Part shown: piece after piece, positions 1 to 27,055 of the stretch
How the letters are laid out: the number at the start of each line of letters is the position of its first letter
How positions within the stretch are numbered: position 1 is the first letter of the stretch
Assembly: GCA_950097015.1 (NCBI GenBank)
Contig: CATNEN010000008.1
Coordinates: forward strand, 4,030,001-4,094,000
Origin: Macrostomum hystrix
Taxonomy: Eukaryota > Animalia > Platyhelminthes
Reading direction: 5' to 3'
DNA: 64,000 nt
Position numbers and translations under genes: made by a program
Notes under the pieces: generated by a model
Seen by the model: only the letters and a program-made list of their open reading frames with translations
Told to the model about the DNA's origin: nothing
Databases searched by the model: none

Positions 1-305
1 AGACCACATTGGTTCGGGGCGCAGCCGCGGAGAGAAGGCTTGGGGGCTTGTCATGAAACTTACGCCCTTAAGAGCCAACCTCCAAGGCGAGTGAGAGTGT
101 ACACTGCCTGACGATGAGTAAGTCAGGACAGATGTACACACCTGTGTGAGCGCGTGCCTGCGTACGGTATCTGTGTGCGTGTGTGCTCAGGAGTCAGCGA
201 AACGGGGCAGAATTGCCTTCTCGCTAGCTGAGGATCCAATAGTAGTGTCACCAAATGATGTGCCATTGCCCGCAGCCCTCGAAATTAACAATTAGCAATT
301 AACCT
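1..305 (+). mobile_element. tRNA-derived SINE family A, body and tail (head lies outside the window)
   Basis: Shares GGCCAACC..AAGGC..GTGAGAGTGTACACTGCCTGACGATGAG..GTACGGTATCTGTGTGCGTGTG..CTCAGGAGTCAGCGAAA..GTCACCAAATG.TGTGCCATTGC with 31148-31428 and (inverted) with 31794-31946, both of which have tRNA-like A/B-box heads. Confidence 0.75.
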
Positions 306-332
306 GCAATAACGTTCACCAGCAAGCCAATA

Positions 333-1040
333 TTTTCTAAACTGAAGTTGCTAGAAAGGCCTGTTTAATAGGCGATTTAGTTGGCGTTGGATTGACACTT
401 AAGCAACAGGTGCCGGGTGTCCTCAGTGGCGTCAGGCTCGAGCCAATTGGAGCCGAGTATCAGCGAGTGGCCGTTGCGGAGCCGGGCAAGCAGGACTGCT
501 CTGCTGCTTGTCGGCGCGGCTGCTGACGTTGTTCTGGCGTGGGCCTGTTCTAGCGCCGCGTTGGGTGGCGCTGTGTCGGCGCACGCCTCATAGTCCCTGC
601 TCTCAGTGGCTCTCAGAGGTCTCAGGTAGCTAAATCTACGTAGATAAACTCAATTTAGTGGGTTTTAAAATTTAAATGTTGCTTAATTTCGAATTTTTTC
701 TAAACTGAAGTTGCTAGAAAGGCCTGTTTAATAGGCGATTTAGTTGGCGTTGGATTGACACTTGAGCAACAGGTGCCGGGTGTCCTCAGTGGCGTCAGGC
801 TCGAGCCAATTGGAGCCGAGTATCAGCGAGTGGCCGTTGCGGAGCCGGGCAAGCAGGACTGCTGCTTGTCGGCGCGGCTGCTGACGTTGTTCTGTCGTGG
901 GCCTGTGCTAGCGCCGCGTTGGGTGGCGCTGTGTCGGCGCACGCCTCATTGGCTCTCAGAGGTCTCAGGTAGCTAAATCTACGCAGATAAACTCAATTTA
1001 GTGGGTTATAAAATTTAAATGTTGCTTAATATCGAAAATT
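333..1040 (+). repeat. Tandem direct duplication of a ~363-nt GC-rich segment (333-695 and 696-~1040)
   Basis: Both copies start TTTTCTAAACTGAAGTTGCTAGAAAGGCC and are near-identical, apart from short deletions in copy 2. Confidence 0.9.
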
Positions 1041-1418
1041 CTTTAAATTTAAAGTGCAGCTTTTGATTGGTTAAGCTAAGCTGAGATTTAATACTGACTG
1101 GAACTACCATTATCAGCTTGATAAATATCGAAAACTTCCTTAACGGTTGCAACAATTTCAATGTCATGATCAAACAACCGAGTATTAGAATCCGTGCTAA
1201 ACCTGTCAGCTAATGCGTTGACGGAATTGCCATCACCTTTGTGCAATTTAAAGTCGCTTGTAGAGCTAAATATAGCAACCAATCAGATTTCGGCACTGCC
1301 TAGCGAGATTTCTGGCCTGACCAAGTGAGTGTCTGACAACAAATGAGGATCCAGGAAAAGGATAGGGTGGAGAGTGGGGTGGCTTTTGGAGTGGGGTAGT
1401 TGCAAATGTACGTTTTAA

Positions 1419-1828
1419 CAGTAGAAAGATCACGCTATTCTCCCCTGAGGAAAGACAACGGAGTGTTTCAAATACCTCATGATACCTATTGCCTACTTCA
1501 TGATAGCTCCCAAACTAAATGACCGATTTTCGTGAAAGTCCACCATCTGAATCAAAATTTTCCGCCCTTAACGTTGGGCTAACTTTCAAAGCCGTACGAG
1601 CCAGCATCATCGAGATATTCAGCGATTCGTGTCGAAGACGCTGGTGACAAGGACAACTAACATTGATTTGTATAAACCTCTTTGGCACCCACTTTTACCA
1701 CCCGACACCACCACAAGAATCGTTGAATATCTGGACGATGCCGATGTTTTGGTTGATTAGTTGAATGTTTTGGAAGATACAGAAAAAATTTAATGTGTCT
1801 TTCTAATACCCATTTGGTCTTTCTACTG
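1419..1828. mobile_element. MITE with 14-bp TIRs and TTAA target-site duplication (piggyBac-like target)
   Basis: TTAA(1415-1418)|CAGTAGAAAGATCA ... TGGTCTTTCTACTG|TTAA(1829-1832). The TIRs differ by one mismatch and there is no internal ORF. Confidence 0.7.
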
Positions 1829-2146
1829 TTAAGGCTTTCTGTCTACACTTAACTTTGCCACTCGAATCTATACGAGCGTATATTCTATCATCGTTTGTGT
1901 TGCCTCGCACTTCCTAAAGCTTGCGCCAAACAAAGTCACGGTACAACACTTAGCTAAATCTTATTTTAGGATTTAAATTTGCCATAGACATGCGGATGCT
2001 TTCCATCTAACAAGGCAAAATCACTTTCTTGTCTATAGAACAGGTTATCAGTTGCATCTCAGCAGCGCCATGCTTAGTCAATAAAATTTATAATTATTAT
2101 CGATCCTCAATTTATTAGGGGACCCCAGACAAAGCAACGGAATACA

Positions 2147-3568
2147 ATGGCCACTGTGTACCAGAAAATGGAGCATTTAAAGTCTCGCTACGCCCGAGAT
2201 TTGGTTCTGCAGCAGCGCCACAGCCAGGAGCAGCAGCAGCAGCAGGTCGAGACGCCTCGAGCATCGCCGTCCCCGCCGCCGCCGCCGCCGCCGCCGCCAC
2301 CGGTACACAGCGGACACAGCAGCGATCGGCGGTGCTTACTGCAAGCGCCGCCAATCCGTAATCCTCTGCTAGACTCGATGGGCGTTGATCGCACTTTTCG
2401 ACGCATGCAGAAGCAGCAGACGCCGGCACCGCTTTCTCCGCATCATTCGCGTTGCAAACCGAAGCAGCAGATTAATCAGCAGCCATTGCAGTCTCATCAA
2501 CCAGCTAATAGAGCCGAGCCTTCCTCAACTCCGGAGCTGGAGCATCGGCCGTCTGAGCCAATGCTGCTGTACAAGTTTCTCGACAGCCTGCCGTTGAAAC
2601 CTCGCAAGATAACTCGAGCTCCGTCGCCGCGGCCAAGCCAGAACCTGTTGGGCAACAGCTGCTCGCTGTCGCGGGCCTCGCTGCTGGCCTTTCCACCCAC
2701 AAACGCTGCGGTGGACATCCCAGCGGCCACAGAGGACGACATCAAAGACCTGTTTGAAGGCACTGGAGGCAGCACGCTGAGCAGTTTTTCATTAGACTCT
2801 ATCACTTCCATCGCTGAGCAGACGCCGAATTGTTCGCCAGGTCCGGCACCACCACCACCACCGCCAACAGCGCCGCAACCACCGACCACCCCGCAACCGC
2901 CGCCCCAGCCACCACCGCAGAGAAAAAACCGTCGAGATCATCAGCAACAGCTGTTGCCATTGCGCCGGTCCTGCCAGACGTCTCGATGTCGTAGCTCGTC
3001 GCTCGATGTCCGCTCGATGCCCGTATCCTCAACGGCCCGCGGGCGTCAGCCGCATGCTGCCGCCATGCTCGAGAATCTCACCGCGCCGCCAGTGCCAAAG
3101 CCAAGGGGCCGACGCCTCGCCGAGAATAATCCGCGTCCGTTGAGACGTCGGTCTCAGTCCAGCGATCGGGATGGTCATGGTAAGCCGGCTGCTGGTCTGG
3201 ACCGCAGCCCGTGCTGCCAGATTTTTCGAGTCACCGACGAGGCCGGAATTACCAGCTCGCTAGAGTCGAGGGAGGACCGGCGCCTCACAAAGATTCTTCG
3301 ACAGTTCAACTGCGAGGCGAAGCTACTGGGCAAGAAGGAGCTGGCGCCGATGCGCTTCGTAGCCATCGTCTGCCTGACGTCCCCGGACCCTCGGCGATTG
3401 GTGTGGTGCGTTGACAGAATCCACGCCACGTTCCCGCACTGGGAGCTGAAGGGCCAGATACGTCTAGGCCTGCTCGACCTGGCCGCTGGGTGCGGTCCTC
3501 GGCGGACCCAGCGGGGCGGCCGGGGGAGAGCGCACATCCCACGGCTGATTCCCATGGAAATTCCGTAA
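2147..3568 (+). CDS. Uncharacterised 473-aa protein: Q/P/S-rich disordered region plus a ~95-aa probably folded C-terminal domain
   Basis: Long stop-free GC-rich ORF from an ATG, with the same codon style (CAG/CCG tracts) as the four recognisable genes. The C-terminal CCQIFRV...WELKGQIRLG segment has an alternating hydrophobic pattern. No family recognised. Confidence 0.65.
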   Translation: MATVYQKMEHLKSRYARDLVLQQRHSQEQQQQQVETPRASPSPPPPPPPPPPVHSGHSSDRRCLLQAPPIRNPLLDSMGVDRTFRRMQKQQTPAPLSPHHSRCKPKQQINQQPLQSHQPANRAEPSSTPELEHRPSEPMLLYKFLDSLPLKPRKITRAPSPRPSQNLLGNSCSLSRASLLAFPPTNAAVDIPAATEDDIKDLFEGTGGSTLSSFSLDSITSIAEQTPNCSPGPAPPPPPPTAPQPPTTPQPPPQPPPQRKNRRDHQQQLLPLRRSCQTSRCRSSSLDVRSMPVSSTARGRQPHAAAMLENLTAPPVPKPRGRRLAENNPRPLRRRSQSSDRDGHGKPAAGLDRSPCCQIFRVTDEAGITSSLESREDRRLTKILRQFNCEAKLLGKKELAPMRFVAIVCLTSPDPRRLVWCVDRIHATFPHWELKGQIRLGLLDLAAGCGPRRTQRGGRGRAHIPRLIPMEIP

Positions 3569-4838
3569 AAAGCCGGTGAGAGCGGACTCTGCGTGGTTGC
3601 GATCGAATGATGTCGAAAATATCTGTGCAGAAATTTCTCACCTAGAAAATATTAGGTGGTGCCTCTTTCCAATATCCCACCCGTAATTTTTTCCAACGGA
3701 CGTTTCTTAAGTGTCTCCAGGCAACCGTTTCACTTTTGGCACAAAGACCTGTCAGATCGCTCTGTAGAAGGACTCAAAATGTCACGTGACTTGTCTGGTT
3801 TAAGATCTTAAGTTTCCTTTGCCACTATTTAGGCATACCCACCCATGTCTTTGTGGTGACAAATACATCTTTGTCGCTATCAGATTTAACGGGTGTACAT
3901 ATCACGTTATGGGCTGGGTGATCCTCAAGGTCAAAGGTCACATAGTCGATGTACACCACATGTAAATGACCTTGACCAGAAGTAGCAAACAGGCGTTGGA
4001 TGGTGGGCTAGAAAGATAAGAATTCATTCGCATCACAGTGACGCATCATTATTCACACTTGAGTGTCCGCAGTGCAAAGTGGGCAGCTCTGCAGTGTTCG
4101 ATTATATATACGTGTTTTACACTATACTTTGGGCGTAAACCGCGATTATACCCTCCCTATGACACGTGTCGCATTGTCGAGATTCGTTGCAACAAAGTTA
4201 ACTTTTCATTCAGGGCTATAGCTTTCCATCTTGATTGCACCTGGTTGCACCTGCAGTATTTATTTCATCTCGAGTCTGTAGCTTTTTAAACTGTTCGATT
4301 CCTGCAAGTTACTTTTAGTATCTCTTTTTTACACATATGACCTTGTTCTCTCCATCAATTTGTTTTTACCATTGGTCTAAGTGGGCATTCAGTTTTGTTT
4401 GCTTCTGTAAGGTATGTGTATATATGTCTGTAGCCTTTGTCTCGCCTTTGAGTTGTTGCTTTCTGAGTGTTTTTCAAGCTAACTTTAATTATTCCGAATG
4501 GACCAGGATGCCAGTATTATACAGCTTAGACCTACAATAGAATAGGACGTTAGAAGTGCATATATTATGAATATATATTATAGTATGAAACAGAATTTTA
4601 TTTTTTACTCGCAATATACAAGTCAGCTGCAAGTCATTTATAGCATGTAAAGCCAGACTAAAACAATGATGACGTCAGCAAATACACAGTCTGCATGAGG
4701 GCAGCTTATTCTGTAGGGTATATTTTAGGCGCCATCTCCTAAATCTGCTCGAGTTTACTACCATTTTTACCTTCATGCTAAGATACCACCAAGATGATTG
4801 CTAGCTATGTCTGACGTGGTTGAAAATTTACATATAAC

Positions 4839-5090
4839 CAGTCCGTGGGGATTTTAGCAGTCCGTGGGGGTTGTAGCAGTCCGTGGGGATTTTAGCAGTC
4901 CGTGGGGGTTGTAGCAGTCCGTGGGGATTTTAGCAGTCCGTGGGGGTTGTAGCAGTCCGTGGGGGTTGTAGCAGTCCGTGGGGTTGTAGCAGTCCGTGGG
5001 GTTGTAGCAGTCCGTGGGGTTGTAGCAGTCCGTGGGGTTGTAGCAGTCCGTGGGGTTGTAGCAGTCCGTGGGGGTTGTAGCAGTCCGTGG
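4839..5090. repeat. Minisatellite, 18-19-nt unit GCAGTCCGTGGGG(G)TTGTA
   Basis: About 13 tandem units, running directly into a SINE 5' end. Confidence 0.95.
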
Positions 5091-5302
5091 GCGTCGTACC
5101 GGAGTGGTTAGAGTCACGCTCACGAGCAATTAATTTCCTTTTGCAAGTCACTTAACTATGCATTACTTCAGTTACCCAGCTGTTAAATCTGTAAAAACAT
5201 TAGCTGGGGAAATGATTGCGGGTGGGTGTGGCGTCCCTCAGTCCATGGACTGAACAACCGTACGCAGCCTTCAGATGCGCTGCGTAATAGCTGCGGCTGT
5301 GC
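5089..5302 (+). mobile_element. tRNA-headed CORE-like SINE family B (internally deleted copy)
   Basis: A-box-like TACCGGAGTGGTTAG, then GCAAGTCACTTAAC..CAGTTACCCAGCTGT resembling the MIR/CORE domain. The 3' part CAGTCCATGGACTGAACA..GCAGCCTTCAGATGCG..ATAGCTGCGGCTGTGC matches the inverted copy at 27056-27299. Confidence 0.7.
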
Positions 5303-7608
5303 TGTCGGCTGCACATCTGGCCCGATTGCATTGGACAGGTTTAATAAATCATTATAAAAAAATTATTATTACTATTGGTTAGCAGACTCCTGAGCACACA
5401 CGCACACATTAGATACTGTGTACACAGGCACACACTGACACAGGTGTGTGCATCTGTCATCTGTCCTGACTTTCTCATTGTCAGGCAGTGTACACTTAAC
5501 TGTACAGCCTTGGAGATTGCAGTTCTTTCACTCCAATCTAGCCCTGATCTGGCCTTTTTGCCAATCTTTCACCTGTTCAATGCAAGGCAAAATGTTCACC
5601 AAAGCAGGAGGAAAATCGTTGACGCAGACAACTAGTCGCTGCGTCAGCTTGATGCAAGTTTTTTACCTCTACCGAAAGTGCATTATACTCGTAGCTCTGA
5701 ACGGCGAATATGTAGAGCGCTATATGTGGACAGAGATCGATAGAGTCGTAAGTTGGATTGTATTATTGATTGCCGGCAATTTAAACTCGTGTTTTGTGAC
5801 CCAGTGTGAGGTCGAGTCTGCAAATGACTATAACTTTTAACTAGAATTAACTCAAAAGTTCATTTTGACAGGCAGCATATTCATTTTATGAAGTGTTTTT
5901 AACTAAATCACAATGCAGCACGATCATCTAGGCATTCTAGGGTCAAATGATCGAATTATAAACATTGATCGAGCGTATTGGAAGTGCATGTAATGTGTGA
6001 CTTGATCCTTCTGTGTTAATGTGTCAACGTGATCTTCTCGATGCTGAACGACTGAGGTTTAGGCTAGCGGTATAAATTGTCGGACTGCAGCAGCCTGAGA
6101 ATCCCAGTTCTCTCGCAAATGTGAATGTGATGGTGTGCTTGATCTAAGCTGTCAGATTTGCTGGAAGTTTTTAGCGCCTTTGCGCTTATTTTCAAATAAA
6201 TATTTAATAAATTCGAAATAGAACTTGAGCATGACCTTGCCAAGCTGTTGAAGCTTTGCGGAAGAGCATGGTCGGTCAAAGTTATAAAAATACGTATTTT
6301 ATTTTTACTGACTAAAACAAACGGTATCAAATGCTTTTCTTGTTATTGACAGAACTTATTACAAACATAGTCCTAAATGCATGTCTAAATATATTTCAAA
6401 TTTCCACTGAAATTTACTCAAAAGCATTGGAAAAAGTGTGATAAACTAAGCCATTATTTTAAATGCAATCCTCATGTGACCAGCTTTCAGAACTATCCTT
6501 GTAATTGTAACGCAGGTACTTACACATGGTTTAGGCAAGATATGGGCAAGAGACGTAATAATTTCCCGATTGATATTCATATTTAAATAAGGGCTCACTA
6601 ACGTATAAAATACTTGTAATTCGTAAATTTATTACTGCGAAACTTGACAGATGCAACTAGGATAAATTTTCAAAAGCAAATATTTTTTGTCAAACGCAGG
6701 TTTAAAGTATGGAGCCTATGCTCCTATCTCCGTAGTGTATTTTCTTGTACTTTAAAAAATTAAGTTATTCAATGCAAAGAAAGTGTTAGTATTTTCTAGT
6801 GAAATTGGTCCTAGGGGCAACTAAGTTGATTTAATACTCCACTTTCAAATCAATTTTTTCAGTGTCATCACAGGCCAAACCTGTTGTTTTGTTGTGCTAA
6901 ATTTAATCACTGCTATAGGCAAATTTTTGCATATCTATTTGTGAAGCACTTGTTAAAAAATAGCACAGATCAGGTGTTTGTAAGCACTAAGGTATTTAGA
7001 AGTAAGCCTTAATAAGTGTAGCATAATATTGTTTTTATAATTCATTAAAAAACAATATGTGGAGTTTCTTCACATAAGCACATGTGAAGAAACTGGAATA
7101 AAAACATGATAAATACCAATCTCATCAAATTCAATTGACCTCTGGTAGGACATAGGCCCTATCAAGTAGGTTTAGGACCAAGACTGCCACACACCAAGAC
7201 CACCACAGCTAGGGGGAATAACTGAGTATTCCATTGGATAACTTTTAGGTGGGTAAATGTGAGGTTGGCGGTGGCTGGGGGTCTTGTAGAGGTTTACTGG
7301 CAGTAAAGTAATTTCACTTCAAATCCAAAACAAAAACTAAAATGATGTTTCTCAGGTTCTTAGTCTCTTTTTTTAATGGGTTAAAAAAATCTTCTTTATA
7401 AAAATATTAAAAGATAATTAAAAAATGAATATAATTACTTTGTTAATATTAAAGGCTTCTAAATGAAAATTAAAGGACTTTAATTGCAAGAATAGTGGTA
7501 GTAAATAAATGTTTACAATAGATTTGCAATACAATTAATTGAGAAGCAGACTAGAATACTATTCAAGCTGACTGACTAAGATAATGCATCCATATATATA
7601 GAGAAGGA

Positions 7609-8153
7609 CTAGCAAGTTTTGCCCCCCTTCGGGGAGCAGAAATAGTTTTAATTCGTCTAGTATATACTTTTTAGCAGCTGAATTTAAAGCTTTTTAAAGC
7701 TAAAATGATCCCCTAGTGATCCCCCATTGATGACGATCCCCAGTTAACAATGTTTCTCCCAGTTGAACATGATCCCCTAGTTGACGATAATCCCCCAGTT
7801 GATGATGATCACCCAGTTGACAACGATCTCACAGTTGACCATGATTCCCCATTTGATGATGACTCCCAATTGATGATTATGATGATGATGATTACCCTTT
7901 GTAACCCAAGAGTCATTCCCCACCCCAATCTTAGCCAATTAGAAAGGGGGCAATGCGGTGACCTCCTTTTATCTATGGAGCCAGTCAGAGCTGTGGCAGT
8001 CTTGGTCATGCACCATCAAGCAGCCCTTGGTTACTAAGTAGTCCTTTGTTATATTTTTAAGCTTCTCATTGTTACTATCAGAGTCACTCATACTTGCTGA
8101 TAAAGAGGCATTTTAAATAAAGTACTTTACAAATGGTCTAAGTATATACTAGA
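7609..8153 (-). mobile_element. Non-autonomous Helitron/Helentron-like element
   Basis: On the minus strand: A|TC start at 8153; perfect 14-bp inverted repeat TCTAGTATATACTT (8140-8153 vs 7656-7669); GC hairpin GCTCCCC-GAA-GGGGGGC (7621-7637); CTAG|T end at 7609; internal tandem repeat. Confidence 0.6.
7715..7870. repeat. Degenerate ~18-nt tandem repeat (GATGATCCCCCAGTT-like)
   Basis: About 8 diverged units inside the Helitron-like element. Confidence 0.8.
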
Positions 8154-8600
8154 TAGGCCCAATAGTTGCCCAATGATTAAAATTGAGTGAAACAAAGCAT
8201 TGGATTTGAAATATCTTGAGTGACAGTGAAATTACAATATTTTTTCCTATAATGGACTAAGCATACTACTGTTATGAATAATTGATCCACTTTGCCAAAT
8301 ATAATACACATTTTTACATAAATTTATAATGTGTCTAACATTTTGTTAAAATTCTGCTATTAGCTAAAATGAGCAGCCTAGCCAATTGGTATTGCTAGCT
8401 ACTTCAATTTTGATACTTTTTGTTTTCATTGTAAATGAATCTAGTTTTTATACAAGCCAAAATTTATATTATCATTTTATATTCACTTTTTCAGTCTAGC
8501 CTACTGCTTGTAAATACTCAATCACTGCTGCTAAATTAGCAGCTCATATAGATTGTCTGTCAACACAAATTGAATAAAACTCATTGCTAATTTAGCAGTT

Positions 8601-25750
<17,150 letters not shown>

Positions 25751-26623
25751 TATTCGTTTAGCGAACAAGTTAAACTCCTCTTTTTAATGATTTCCAAAGC
25801 TTTATGTTTTGTTTGATTAAACGCGCCGTGATTCAGTTTGCAGAAGATCGAATGCGGGATCTTGAAAATGTGATTGTTTTATTATTTTTAACTCCTTTTT
25901 CACCAAAGCTACTTTCGTACAGTAGTGTGTAATGCGTTCTGATAGTGGTAATCTCGTATGTAGATTTTATATCCGGAAAATTCATTTTTCGTTCCTGATA
26001 AAAGGAAAATTAGCACCCCGACAACTAGCATCAGCTTTTGGTTTGCTAAAGTGCGGAGATCATTTTGAACTTCACTTGTGACCCGCATCAATAAAAAAAG
26101 CTTTCAGAATCATTAGCCGAACCTGCTGTGCATCATCATCAGTTTCATTCCTGATGACAGACTTTTTTTCACAACTTCGATTGACTTTTCCCGTTGATTT
26201 TAAATAATTATTTTCAAATTGAAATGATGATTTGAAATGCTAGCACAGTTTTTCCTTAGCTCATTGTTATGTACTTTTTATTGCCACTTATCGCATCTCA
26301 GTGTGCATAATTGCTGTAAATTGTTTTGCTACTAAAACGCTGGTGTGGTAATTATTGACTAATTTAATTTGCAAATAAACTATATATGGATTGTCATCTT
26401 CGAAAGAGAATATTTTTGCACAGCTTTTTTATTCTAAATAGCACTTGATACTGTCTTTGTAGTATCCTTGCAAATAACGAACACTGCAGAGGCTGCGTGT
26501 AGTAGAGTTATAGTTGAAAAGGATGTGCGCTGATAGCAAGCACTCGGCAGTAGATTTGCTTGAAGCGTGTATTTGTAGTAGTCTGTGCTAGCAATAATAG
26601 CTGGAGGACCCCAAAGGAGTTTC

Positions 26624-26767
26624 TATTTATAGGCGGGAGCGCGAGTGGGGGAACTTTCCAGAAGGATACCATGCATGGCACGCACGCACACGAGAGAAGG
26701 GTCGAGAAGATTCTGGAATAAACAAATGAACTCACGCGTTATAACAAATGAGGGAAGTTTCTAGAAA
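26624..26767 (-). promoter_or_regulatory. Heat-shock-type Pol II promoter: three perfect HSEs and a TATA box
   Basis: nGAAnnTTCnnGAAn at 26650-26664, 26705-26719 and 26753-26767. TATAAATAG reads on the minus strand at 26631-26623, about 19 nt from the proximal HSE, with a CCCGCC GC-box between them. Confidence 0.8.
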
Positions 26768-27055
26768 CTGCAGAGAAGCACGAATAATTGCACGATCGCC
26801 ATAACAGTCTTGTTTACTTTTTTAGGTAACAACGAATTACACAGTTTTTGCAGTTTCAAAAGTTTACTTTTGAAAAGTGGTGAAAACACGTAAAAATTCT
26901 TTCCTCACGATTCTTATCACACTCCGCACTTCGAGGATAGATCTTGGGTGCAGCTAAAGGGTCGGAAATAAATAGAATTCGTTTTTTTAGTTTACTTCTT
27001 AAAACTAGGTTTTAACGAATAATGTAAACGATGCGTACTTTATGCTTCTCTCTAT

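Noticed and set aside
108-222. Hammerhead ribozyme (CTGACGA ... CGAAA ... TC) in SINE A
   Set aside because: The stem II closing pair would be T-C, and stems I and III pair poorly in both copies; an alternative hairpin uses the same bases.
1088-1282. 64-aa minus-strand ORF with protein-like composition
   Set aside because: Non-ATG start, no recognisable motif and no linkable upstream exon; cannot be supported.
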